Part shown: one piece after another, positions 12,003 through 23,668 of the stretch | Position numbering within the stretch: the stretch's first letter is position 1 | Layout of the letters: each line of letters starts with the position of its first letter | Assembly: GCA_030390025.1 (NCBI GenBank) | Contig: CM059432.1 | Location: 1,798,001-1,862,000, forward strand | DNA from: Squalus acanthias | Lineage: Eukaryota | DNA: 64,000 nt | Reading direction: 5' to 3' | The notes under the pieces: generated by a model | What the model saw: the letters and a program-made list of their open reading frames with translations, nothing else | The model's database searches: none | Told to the model about the DNA's origin: nothing | Position numbers and translations under genes: made by a program

Positions 12003-12325
12003 ACCTCCAGCCCTACAACTCTCCGAGATCTCTGCGCTCCCCTAATTCTGGCCTCTTGCGCGTTCCCGATTTTATTCGCTCCACCACTGGCGGCCGTGCC
12101 TTCAGCTGCCAAGGCCCCAAGCTCTGGAATTTCCTCCCTAAATCTCTCCGCCTCTCTCTCTCTCCTCCTTTAAAACCTACCTCTTTGACCAAGCTTTTGG
12201 CCATCTGCCCTAATAGCTCCTTATGTGGCTCGGTGTCAAATTTTGTTTGATAATCGCTCCTGTGAAGCGCCTTGGGACGTTTTACTACGTTAAAGGCGCT
12301 GTATAAATACAAGTTGTTGTTGTTT
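12003..12325 (+). mobile_element. L2 3' end
   Basis: GGRAFSCQGPKLWNFLP; tail GTGAAGCGCCTTGGGACG...ATAAATACAAGTTGTTGTTG. Confidence 0.85.
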
Positions 12326-12397
12326 TTAAGCAAGTGCAGAGGCAGGGAAAGGGGGGGAGGAGAGGAAAGAACAAAAGGGAAGGTCTGTGATAGGGCG

Positions 12398-12623
12398 TGA
12401 CATGAATCTGTCATTCATGAAAGAAGACTTATGAAATAATACTGAGTGGCCTGCGGGTGGCGCTGTCCAGGGAGAGTATAAATACTCGGGCACGGGCCCA
12501 GCTTGCGAGGGACATTCTTAACAGGAACTAGTGAAGGACGCAACTTGACCTCCATGTTGTAAAACAGTTGATTAAAGCTTTGTTTAATGCTTAGACCAAG
12601 TGCCTAGTAGTTTTCTTAAGTCA
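12398..12623 (+). mobile_element. Small solo LTR (226 bp)
   Basis: TGAC...GTCA termini; 5-bp TSD GGGCG/GGGTG; TATAAATA at ~12477; ATTAAA at ~12571; interrupts a PLE UTR that is contiguous at 63200-63240. Confidence 0.6.
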
Positions 12624-12862
12624 GGGTGGAGAGATTAAATGACAAAAGGGATGATGGTACGAGGTGAAAAGGAGATGATAATGGGACAAGTAAAGGAACT
12701 AAAAACGGTCGCAGAGGAGCTGTAAATATCAACTGCGGAACACTACCAGCACCTGCTGTCTGAGAAAATGGGAGCAGTGATTATGATCTGAAGTTATTGA
12801 AATCAATGTTGAAGCCGGAAGTGTAAAGACCTGAAACGTTAACTCTGTTTCTCTCTGCACAG

Positions 12863-14060
12863 GAAGAATAAAGAGGCCACATACTCCTTGTAAAATAAGT
12901 GTCTAAATGGGGTAGAGGAACAAAGGGTCGGGGGATACAGAAACACATATCAGTAAAAGTAGCAATGCAGGTTAATAAGGTCATAAAAAAAAGAAAACAC
13001 TGCACTGGGGTTCATTTCTAGAGAGATAGCATTGAAAAGAGAGAAGTTATATTAAACTTGTATAGAACCTTGGTTAGGCCACACTCTTGAGTACTGTGCA
13101 CAGTTCAGGTCTCCATATTATAATAGGTACATGGAAGCACTGGAGAAGGTGCAAAAAAGATTTACAAGAATGATGCCAGAACCGAGAGGTTATAACTATC
13201 AAGAAAGACTGAACAGGCTGGAGCTCCTTTCTCAAGAAAAGAGAAGGCTGAGGGGTGACCTGATTATGAAGGGGTTCGATAGGGTAGATGTAGAGAGAAT
13301 GTTTCCACTTGTGGGCAGACCAGAACTAGGGGCCATGAATATAAGACGGTCACTAATAAATCCAATAGGGAATTTAGGAGAAACTTCTTCCCCAGAGAGT
13401 GGTGAGAATGTGGAACTCGCTACCACAGGGAGTGGTTGAGGCGAATAGTATGGATGCATTAAAGGGGAAGCTCGATAAAGGCTGGGGGGGTCTAGAACGA
13501 GGGGGTCACAGTCTCAGGATACGGGGTAGGACATTTAGGACTGAGATGAGGAGAAATTTCTTCACTCAGAGGGTGGTGAACCTGTGGAATTCTCTACCAC
13601 AGAAGGCTGTGGAGGCCAAGTCACTGAATATATTGAAGAAGGAGATCGATAGATTTCTAGACACAAAAGGAATCAAGGGGTATGGGGAGAGCGCGGGAAT
13701 ATGGTATTGAGATAGAGGATCAGCCACGATCATATTGAATGGCGGAGCAGGCTCGAAGGGCCGAATGGCCGACTCCTGCTCCTATTTTTCTATGTTTCTA
13801 ATAAATCCAACAAGGAAAGGTCTTCGACCTGAAACATTGACTCTGTTTCTCTCTCCACGGATGCTGCCTGACCTGCTGAGTTTTTCCAGCATTTTTCTGT
13901 TGTTATTAAGGAAATAACTTTACCCAGAGAGTGGTGAGAATGTGGAACTCGCTACCACAGGGAGTGGTTGAGGCGAATAGTATAGATGCATTTAAGGGGA
14001 AGCTGGATAAACACATGAGCGAGAAAGGAATAGAAGGATATGCTGATAGGGTGAGATGAA
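12863..14060 (+). mobile_element. Nested CR1 fragments (second CR1 at ~13480-13800; PLE family B fragment at 13817-13907)
   Basis: ORFs 13131..13439 and 13399..13710 with CR1 C-terminal motifs. Confidence 0.8.
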
Positions 14061-14134
14061 GAAGGAGGAACCAAACTCAATTTAACCAGCTTCTGGAGCT
14101 AAATGTCAAGTTGCTCTGGTCATCGTGTGTGCTT

Positions 14135-14399
14135 TTTAAAAATCGTTCCTGGGATGTGGGCATCACTGGCAAGGCCGGCATTTATTGCCCATCCCTAATT
14201 GCCCCTCGAGAAGGTGGTGGTGAGCCGCCTTCTTGAACCGCTGCAGTCCGTGTGGTGAAGGTGCTCCCACAGTGCTGTTAGGGAGGGAGTTCCAGGATTT
14301 TGACCCAGCGACGATGAAGGAATGGCCGATATATTTCCAAGTCAGGATGGTGCGTGTGACTTGGATGGGAACTTGGAGGTGGTGGTGTTCCCATGCGCC

Positions 14400-14400
<1 letters not shown>
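14135..14400 (-). mobile_element. Crack/Daphne-like (CR1-group) LINE 3' end
   Basis: ORF 14163..14489 ...SFIVAGSKSWNSLPNSTV...LQRFKKAAHHHLL; same family as 21550-22150. Confidence 0.7.

Positions 14401-14403
<3 letters not shown>

Positions 14404-14432
<29 letters not shown>
14404..14432 (+). repeat. (GT)n microsatellite
   Basis: Direct observation. Confidence 0.95.
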
Positions 14433-14434
<2 letters not shown>

Positions 14435-14437
14435 GAA

Positions 14438-15062
14438 GGAATGTAGGAGCAGGAGGAGGCCATTCAGCCCCTCGAGCCTGTTCCGCCATTCAATTAGATC
14501 GTGGCTGATCTGTGTCTTAACTGTATTCGCCTCAACTACTCCCTGTGGTAGCGAGTTCCACATTCTCACCACTCTCTGGGTAAAGAAACTGCTCCTGAAT
14601 TCCTTATTGGATTTATTAGTGACCATCTTAAAGGACTTACATTTTTAAGGGGCTTGACAGGGTCGATACAGGGAGGATGTTTCTCCTGGCTGGGGAGTCT
14701 AGAACCAGGGGTCACAGTCTCAGAATAAGGGGCCGGCCATTTAGGAATGAGATGAGGAGGAATTTCTTCACTCAGAGGGTGGTGAATCTTTGGAATATAT
14801 TCAAGACAGAGATCGATAGATGTTTGGATACTAAGGGACTCAAGAGATATGGGGAAAGTGGAGATGAGGTAGAAGATCAGATATGATCTTATTGAATGGC
14901 GGAGCAGGCTCGAGGGTGGCCTACTCCTGCTCCTATTTCTTATGTTATCATATATTTATGGACTTCTAGTTTTGGTTTCCCTTACAAGTGGAAACATCTT
15001 CTCTACGTCTACCCTATCAAACCCGTTCATCATTTTAAAGACCTCTATTAGGTCACCCTTCA
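14438..15062. mobile_element. Nested CR1 fragments (minus host, plus insert ~14630-14946)
   Basis: ORFs 14399..14626 (-) and 14677..14886 (+) with FFTQRVV motifs. Confidence 0.75.
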
Positions 15063-15869
15063 GGTACGGAGTTATCCTTTCAATAGTTCCTTAGTAAGCC
15101 TTTGTTCTTTAATGCTTTTCCTTACTGTACCATAGCACTTATAAATCTTGCACACGTCAATTGAACCATTGAACTGCCCATAAATCTCCAGTGGAAAAAT
15201 AGGAAAGTTTTATATGTGTACATGTACCATTTTATGTATCTTCATGAACCGGTTAGAGTTGAACTTGCAGACTGTGAAACCCATTAAGGAATTAACTCAA
15301 GTTAACACTGCAGCGATTGTGAACATATCGGTAAATTAATATATGCCTGCGTTCAGCCATTTCCATTTCTGCGAGATAATGTGCCGTGTTTGGAGGTATA
15401 AATCAGAGGCGTGTGGGGTTGGGGAATGGGGCGGGTAGAGGAAACCAATTCTTCTTGAAGCATTTGTGCAGCACTTTCCCTGTTTAAGAGGTTTGTGCAC
15501 AGTAATGGGTGCTGTAGATGTCATTAAACCTAATGGAGCCTGTTCTTTCTCTGTTCTGTAATGTGACTTAACAGTGCACCAGGGGTTTCCTGACTAGCAA
15601 ATTTATGTAGTTTAATAGTCTTAACTGACATTAATCAACTAATTGTATTGTGATGTTTCTGCAGTGGTGACTTGTAAAGGTGCTGATGTTTGTATTGTTG
15701 TGATCACAGAGACCAAACCGTCGACATCTCAGAGAATTGTACGGATGTCACCGATTGGGTGAAGGGACTGCGCGCGATTGAAGGAACAGCCTGCAGACTA
15801 AGTGAAGAAATGCTAAAGTAGTTACAAAGAAGTGATGGTGGATATTTTATGAAGGTCTTTTTTCTTTTA

Positions 15870-16904
15870 TGCATCCCGATTTCCTTCGCTCCACCATTGG
15901 CGGCCGTGCCTTCAGCTGCCTGGGCCCTAAACTCTGGAATTCCCTCCCTAAACCTCTCCGCCTCTCTAACTCTCTCTCCTCCGTTCAGACGCTCCTTAAA
16001 ACCTACCTCTCATCTGTACTCAACTCCACCTCTCTCCACCCCTCCACTCTCTCTGATTTGTCTGACATCCAGAACTGGATGAGCAGAAATTTCCTCCAAT
16101 TAAATATTGGGAAGACCAAAGCCATTGTTTTCGGTCCCAGCCACAAACTTTGTTCCCTAGCCACTGACTCCGTCCCTCTCCCTGGCAACTGTCTAAGGCT
16201 GAACCAGACCGTTCGCAACCTTGGCGTCCTATTTGACCCTGAGATGAGCTTCCGACCACATACCCTCTCCATCATCAAGACTGCCCACTTCCACCTCGGT
16301 AACATCGCCCGTCTCCGCCCCTGCCTCAGCTCATCCGCTTCTGAAACCCTCAACCATGCTTTTGTTACCTCTAGACTCGACTGTTCCAATGCACTCCTGG
16401 CCGGCCTCCCACATTCCACCCTACGTAAACTTGAGCTCATCCAAAACTCGGCTGCCCGTGTCCTAACTCGCACCGAGTCCCGTTATCCCATCACCCCCTG
16501 TGCTCGTTGACCTACATTGGCTCCGAGTTCAGCAACGCCTCGATTTTAGAATTCTCATCCTTTATTATAAATCCCTCCACGGTCTCGCCCCTCCCGATCT
16601 CTGAAACCTTCTCCAGCCCCACAAACCACCCCCCCCCCCACCCCGAGATCTCTGCGCTCCTCCAATTCTGGCCTCTTGCCCATCCCTGATTTCCATCGCT
16701 CCACCATTGGCGGCCGTGCCTTCAGCTGCCTGGGCCCCAAGCTCTGGAATTCCCTCCCTAAACCTCTCCGCCTCACTACCTCTCTTTCCTCCTTTAAGAC
16801 GCTCCTTAAATCCTTGTGAAAGCTGTTGGTCACCTTTCCTAATATCTTATGTGGCTCGGTGTCAAATTTTGTTTGATAATCGCTCCTGTGAAGCGCCTTG
16901 GGAC
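15870..16904 (+). mobile_element. L2 3' fragments; tail resumes at ~19472-19516 after a CR1 insertion
   Basis: ORF 15869..16510: WMSRNFLQLNIGKT, VRNLGVLFD, FVTSRLDCSN, IQNSAARVL. Confidence 0.85.
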
Positions 16905-19471
16905 ATAGAAACATAGAAGATAGGAGCAGGAGTAGGCCATTCAGCCCCTCGAGCCTTGCTCTGCCATTCGATGAGATCATGGCTGATCATCCAAATTCAG
17001 TACCCTGTCCCTGCCTTCTCCCCATATCCCTTGATCCCTTTAGTTTTAAGAAATATATCTAACTCCTTCTTGAATATATTTAATGAATTGGCCTCTACTG
17101 CCTTCTGTGGTAGAGAATTCCACAGGTTCACCACTCTCTGGGTGAAGAAATTCCTCCTCATCTCAGTCCTAAATGGCTTACCCCTTATCCTTAGACTGTG
17201 ACCCCTGGTTCTGAACTCCCCGGCCATCGGGAACATCCTTCCTGCATCTAGTCTGTCTAGTCCTGTTAGAATTTTATAAGTTTCAATGAGATCCCCTCTC
17301 ATTCTTCTAAACTCCAGTGAGTATAAGCCCAATCGACCCAATCTCTCCTCATACGCCATTCCTGCCATCCCGGGTATCAGCCTGGTGAATCTTCGCTGCA
17401 CTCCCTCCATGGCAAGAACATCCTTCCTCAGATAAGGCGACCAAAACTGCACACAATACTCAAGGTGTGGTCTCACCAAGGCCCTGTACAACTGCAGCAA
17501 GACATCATTGTTCCTGTACTCGAACCCTTTCGCTACGAAGGCCAACATACCATTTGCCTTCTTAACCGCCTGCTGCACCTGCATGCTTACCTTCAGCGAT
17601 TGGTGCACAAGGACACCCAGGTCTCGTTGCACTTCCCCTTCTCCCAATCTATTACCATTCAGATAATAATCTGCCTTCCTGTTTTTGACACCAAAGTGGA
17701 TAACCTCGCATTTATCCACATTATATTGCATCTGCCATGCTTCTGCCCAATCACCCAACCTGTCCAAATCATACTGGAGTTTCTCGGCATCCTCCTCACG
17801 GCACACACTCCCACCCAGCTTTGTGTCTTCTGCAAACTTGGAGATATTACATCCAATTCGATCGTCCAGATCATTAATATATATTGTGAATAGCTGGGGT
17901 CCTAGGACCGATCCCTGCGGTACCCCACTAGTCACCGCCTGCCACTCGGAAAAAGACCCATTTATTCCAACTCTTTGCTTTCTGTCTGCCAGCCAGTTCT
18001 CTATCCATGTCAATACCTTGCCCCCAATCCCATGTGCCTTAACTTTACACGCTAATCTCTTATGCGGGACCTTATCGAAAGCCTTCTGAAAGTCCAAATA
18101 CACCACATCCACTGGTTCTCCCTTATCCATTTTACCAGTTACATCCTCAAAAAATAGCAGTAGATTAGTCAAGCACGATTTGCCTTTTGTAAATCCATGT
18201 TGACTTTGTCCGATCCTGTCACTGTTTTCCAAGTGCTCTGCTATTACATCTTTTATAATGGACTCTAGCATTTTCCCCACTACCGATGTCAGGCCTACTG
18301 GTCTATAATTCCCCGTTTTCTCTCTACCACCTTTTTTGAATAGTGGGGTTACATTAGCTACCCTCCAATCCATGGGTACTGTTCCAGAGTCTATAGAATT
18401 TTGGAAGATGGCCAGCAATGCATCTACTATTTCTAGGGCCACTTCCTTAAGTACCCGAGGATGTAGATTATCAGGCCCTGGGGATTTATCGGCCTTCAAT
18501 CCCATCAATTTCCCTAACACTATTTCCCTACAAATACTGATTTCTTTCAGTTCCTCCCTCTCATTAGACCCTATGTTCCCCGACATCTCTGGGAGGTTAT
18601 TTGTGTCCTCCTTTGTGAAGACAGAACCAAAGTATGTATTTAATTGGTCTGCCATTTCTTTGTTCCCCATTATAAATTCCCCTGATTCTGACTGCAAGGG
18701 ACCTACGCTTGACTTCACCAATCTTTTTCTCTTCACATATCTATAAAAGCTTTTACAGTCAGTTTTTATGTTCCTCGCAAGCTTACTCTCATACTCTATT
18801 TTCCCCCTCTTAATTAATCCCTTTGTCCTTCTTTGCTGAATCCTATTCTGCTCCCAATCCTCAGGTTTTCTGCTTTTTCTGGCCAATTTATATGTCCTTT
18901 CCTTGGATCTTATGCTATCCCTAATTTCCTTTGTTAGCCACGGTTGAGTCACCTTTTTTGTTTTATTTTTATGCCAAACTGGGATGAACAAATTCTGTAG
19001 TTCATTCATGCAGTCTTTGAATGCTTGCCATTGCTTCTCCACCGTCAACCCTTTGAGTGACATTCCCCAATCAATCCTAGCCAACTCGCGCCTCATACCA
19101 TCGTAGTTTCCTTTATTTAAATTCAGGACCCTAGTCTCTGAGTCAACTACTTCACTCTCCATCTTAATGAAGAATTTTATCATATTATGATCGCTCCTCC
19201 CCAAGGGGCCTCGCACAACAAGATTGCTAATTAATCCTTTCTCATTACATAATACCCAGTCTAAGATGGCCTGATCTCTAGTTGGTTCCTCGACATATTG
19301 GTCCAGGAAACCATCCCATATACACTCTAGGAATTCCTCCTCCACAGTATTGTTACTAATTTGGTTAGCCCAATCTATATGTAGATTAAAGTCGCCCATG
19401 ATAACTGCAGTGCTCTTATTGCACGCTTCTCTAATTTCCCTTTTAATGCCATCCCCAACCTCCGTATTGCT
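16905..19471 (-). mobile_element. CR1 LINE, 5'-truncated, with uninterrupted ORF2 (partial APE + RT + C-terminus)
   Basis: ORF 16997..19513 (838 aa): IMGDFN, SDHN, KSPGPD, NYRPVGLTS, YLDFQKAFDKV, GVPQGSVLGP, KFAEDTKL; TSD-like TTGGGAC/TTGGGAT; first ~14 aa derive from the L2 flank. Confidence 0.95.
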
Positions 19472-19516
19472 GTTGGGATGTTTTACTACATTAAAGGTGC
19501 TATATAAATACAACTT

Positions 19517-20970
19517 AGGGGTGTAGTTAAATCAGAGAAGGACTGCAACAAAATTCAGGAAAACATTAATAAACTTGCAGAATGGGCATGTAATTGGCAA
19601 ATGAACTTCAATATAGATAAGTGTGAGGAACAATAAGGAGGCCACATAATCCTTGGAACATAGGGGGTCAAACTGGGTGCCTTCGCGCCTCCCGTTAGTG
19701 CCCCAAACGGGGCTAAAATGAATTTCTCCCCCTCTGTGTCTAAATGGGGTAGAGTAACAGAGCAATCTAGGGGTACAGATACACAAGTCAGTAAAAGTAG
19801 TGACGCAGGTTAATAAGGCCATTAAAAAAACAAAGCACTGGGGGTCATTTCTAGAGAGATAGAATTGAAAAGCAGAGACGTTGTGTTAAGCCTGTATCGA
19901 ACCTTGGTTAGACCCCACTTGGAGCACCGTGAACAGTGCTGGTCTCCATATTACAAAAAGGTTGTAGAGACACTGGAGAAGGTGCAAAAAAGATTTACGA
20001 GAATGACAGCAGAGGTTCTGCTATCAGGAAAGATTGAACAGGCTGGGACTCTATTCTCTAGAAAAGAGAAGGCTGAGGGGTGACCTGATAGAGATCTTTA
20101 AGATGATGAAAGGGTTTGATAGGGTAGACCTAAAGAAGATGTTTCCACTTGCGGAGGAGACCAGAACCAGAGGCCATAAATATAAGATAGTCACTAATAA
20201 ATCCAATAGGGAATTCAGGAGAAACTTCTTTATCCAGAGAGTGGTGAGAATGTGGAACTCACTACCACAGGGAGTGGTTGAGGCGAATAGCACAGATATA
20301 CTTGCCATAGAGGGAGTGCAGCAAAGGTTCACCAGACTGATTCCTGGGATGGCAGGACTGTCGTATTAGGAGAGATTGGGTCGACTAGGCCTGTATTCAC
20401 TAGAGTTTAGAAGAATGAGAGGGGATCTCATTGAAACGTATAAAATTCTGACAGGGCTAGACAGACTGGATGCAGGGAGGATGTTTCCCCTGGCTGGGGG
20501 GTCTAGAACGAGGGGTCACAGTCTCAGGATACGGGGTAGGACATTTAGGACTGAGATGAGGAGAAATTTCTTCACTCAGAGGGTGGTGAACCTGTGGAAT
20601 TCTCTACCACAGAAGGCTGTGGAGGCCAAGTCACTGAATATATTTAAGAAGGAGATCGATAGATTTCTAGACACAAAAGGCATCAAGGGGTATGGGGAGA
20701 GAGCGGGAATATGGTTTTGAGATAGAGGATCAGCCATGATCATATTGAATGGCGGAGCAGGCTCGAAGGGCCGAATGGCCGACCCCTGCTCCTATTTTTC
20801 TATGTTTCTAAGATGCATTTAATGGGAAGCTAGATAAACACATGAGGGAGAAAGGAACAGAAGGACAGGGTGATGGGGGGAGATGGAGTAGGATGTGAGG
20901 AGGCGCGTGTGGAGCGTAAACACGGCACGGCATGGACCTGTTGGGCCGAATGGCTTGTTTCTCTGCTGTA
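19517..20970 (+). mobile_element. Nested CR1 fragments (insert ~20295-20809)
   Basis: ORFs 19865.., 20034.. and 20376.. with CR1 motifs; host resumes at AGATGCATTTAATGGGAAG. Confidence 0.8.
19663..19732. mobile_element. 70-bp deletion derivative of Harbinger-like MITE family 1
   Basis: Left end GGGGG...GCGCCTCCCGTTAG joined to right end GCCCCAAACGGGGC...GAATTTCTCCCCC of the 2185-3075 element. Confidence 0.7.
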
Positions 20971-21549
20971 AATGCTTCGTAATACTTTGTACGTTGCTGT
21001 CCCCACTTTGTGAAGGAGATCCGCCGTTCCTCCATTTTGTAGCACTGCCGGGTAATCCTCCCTTTAAGCTGTGTGGCCGAGCAGCGATCTGAAGGAGCCG
21101 CGCGGCCGGCTGCGAGGCGCTCGAACGGCAAAAACCCGCGCTCCAATGGCGGTAACTTGAAATGGGCCGCGCACCCAAAAAAAAAATGAGCGGGAGCATT
21201 GGTGCAGGGGGCTGAGTGGAGTATGTCACACTGCAATCCACTGAGCCGGAATTCACATTTCAAAGCACAGGACTTAACTGAAGGAAAAAAAAACCCATCA
21301 TCTCAACTCCCGAAAACATTACAAAAATGGCTTATATATTATTTAGCTTAAGACGCTGCTACAGAATTTGTCACAGCAGCTGTCGGAGCAGAAGCTGCCG
21401 AGTAAGGACCTTGCACACACCTGCACACTTCACAATGGTCGTTAGGATGTCTAATTGTTGAGCTGAAGGAAAAATAAATTAAACTAAGTGCCAGAAAGTC
21501 GAGGGAAATAACGGCACTCGTTCCTGTTCAGGTTTGGCCCAGAGAAGAA

Positions 21550-22150
21550 TTTTTTTTTATTCATTCCTGGGATGTGGGCGTCGCTGGCAAGGCCAGCATT
21601 TATTGCCCATCCCTAATGGCCCTCGAGAAGGTGGTGGTGAGCCGCCTTCTTGAACCGCTGCAGTCCGTGTGGTGAAGGTGCTCCCACAGTGCTGTTAGGG
21701 AGCGAGTTCCAGGATTTTGACCCAGCGACGATGAAGGAACGGCCGATATATTTCCAAGTCAGGATGGTGTGTGTGACTTGGAGGTGGAACTTGGAGGTGG
21801 TGGTGTTCCCATGCGCCTGCTGCCCTTGTCCTTCTAGGTGGAAGAGGTCGCGGGTTTGGGAGGTGCTGTCGAAGAAGCCTTGGCGAGTTGCTGCAGTGCA
21901 TCTTGTAGATGGTACACACTGCAGCCACGGTGCGCCGGTGGTGGAGGGAGTGAAGGGTTAAGGTGGTGGATGGGGTGCCGAGCAAGCGGGCTGCTTTGTC
22001 CTGGATGGTGTCGAGCTTCTTGAGTGTTGTTGGAGCTGCACTCATCCAGGCAAGTGGAGAGTATTCCATCACACTCCTGACTTGTGCCTTGTAGATGGTG
22101 GAAAGGCTTTGGGGAGTCAGGAGGTGAGACACTCTCTGCAGAATACCCAA
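21550..22150 (-). mobile_element. Crack/Daphne-like (CR1-group) LINE 3' fragment
   Basis: ORF 21695..22150 LSTIYKAQVRSVMEYSPLAW...LDTIQDKAARL...LHHRRTVAAVCTIYKMH. Confidence 0.75.
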
Positions 22151-22259
22151 ATTTAGTGTGTTTCATGTTCTGTCATTGACTTTATTCTCCTTTCTCTCCC
22201 ACCATCACGCCTTAATTTCCCCCTCTCCTCTCTGGAAACCAGTGATTCATCCTGAGAGC

Positions 22260-22712
22260 TTCTCCTCGCCGGCCTCCCATCTTCCACTCTCCGTAAAATT
22301 GAGCTCATCCGAAACTCGGCTGCCCGTGTCCTAACTCGCACCAAGTCCCGTTCGCCTATCACCCCTGTGCTCACTGACCTACATGGGCTCCCGGTTAAGC
22401 AGCGCCTCGATTTCAAAATTCTTATCCTTGTGTTCAAATCCCTCCGTGGCCTCACCCCACCCCCCCCCCACCTCCCTAACTTTGCAGCCTCCTCCAGCCC
22501 CACAACCCACTGAGATCTCTGCGCTCCTCCAATTCTGGCCTCTTGCGCATCTCCGAGTTTCATCGCTCCACCATTGGTGGCCGTGCCTTCAGCTGTGTTT
22601 AAAATAGTAAGCGTCCCAAGAAGCTTCAGAGGAGCGATTTGACACCGAGCCACATCGGGAGATTTTAGGACAGGTGACCAAAAGCTCGGTCAAAGGGGTA
22701 AGGTTTTAAGGC
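22260..22712 (+). mobile_element. L2 fragments (plus 22260-22595, short minus piece 22615-22712)
   Basis: Nucleotide match to other L2 copies in the window. Confidence 0.75.
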
Positions 22713-23104
22713 TTTGCCTATTGAATATTAGCAATTAGTTGCAAGATTAAATCGACGAGAGAATATAGGATTTCTTTGGGAGCGATTTTCCATTGAGGCT
22801 GTGATCTTTCTGTAGTACAAGTCCTCTTATGAAAAATGTGCCTGGGTAAGGGTTATCCTTATTTCCCTGGGCACTACCAATACATCGCCCGTACAAGCAG
22901 CCTGCTGCAGCCTTATTCATTGGTACAATTCACATTCTTTGCTCAGGAAGATCTTGACTGACCCGGTGATGTTTGGACAGACGGCAAAAGAAAACCCAGC
23001 AACCAAGATTCTGTGGTGCTGTTGGGTTCAAGACTTCAGATCATCCATCTCCTGATAGGTCCAGGCGGTGGAAGGGTCTGCTCGGCATCTCATGCATTCT
23101 TTTA

Positions 23105-23668
23105 GTCACTGCCTCAGCCCATCTGCTGCTGAAACCTTCCTCCACGCGTTTGTTACCTCCAGACACGACTATTCCCCAACGCTCCCCTGGCCACCCTCCC
23201 ACCTCGCACCCTCAGTACACTTAGAGCTCATCCAGAACTCTGCTGCCCCGTCTCCCAACTCGCACCAAATCCCGCTCACCCATCACCCCCCTGTGCTCGT
23301 TGGTCTACACTGGCTCCCGGTCCGGCAACGCCTCAATTTTAAAATTCTCATCCTTTATTATAAATCCCTCCATGGCCTCGCCTCCTCCCTATCTCTGTAA
23401 CCTCCTCCAGCCCTACAACCCTCTGAGATCTCTGCGCTCCTCCAATCCTGGCCTCTTGCCCATTCCCGATTTTAATCTCTCCACCATTGGCGGCCGTGCC
23501 TTCAGCTGCCTGGGCCCTAAGCTCTGGAATTCCCTCCCTAAACCTCTCCACCTCTCTACCTCTCTCCTTCTTTCAGACGCTCCTTAAAACCTCCCTCTTT
23601 GACCAAGCTTTTGGTCACCTGTCCTAATATCTCCTTATGTGGCTCGGTGTCAAATTCTGTCTGATAAT
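23105..23668 (+). mobile_element. L2 3' fragment; tail resumes at 25966-26035
   Basis: ORFs 23068.. and 23300.. with L2 motifs; GATAATC|GCTCCTGTGAAG split by CR1. Confidence 0.85.

Larger units (their letters stand above)
11870..12862 (-). mobile_element. Penelope-like element family B remnant with a short inverted end; hosts an L2 fragment and a solo LTR
   Basis: Minus strand encodes ...SGFNIDFNNFRS* (ends 12781), matching 42371 and 62590; 3' UTR matches 63170-63310; degenerate hammerhead at 11948-11985; inverted GACCTGAAACGTTAACTC at 12828. Confidence 0.7.

Noticed and set aside
17465..18746. Plus-strand ORFs opposite CR1 ORF2 (and similar ORFs opposite other LINEs)
   Set aside because: Antisense shadow frames of LINE coding sequence.
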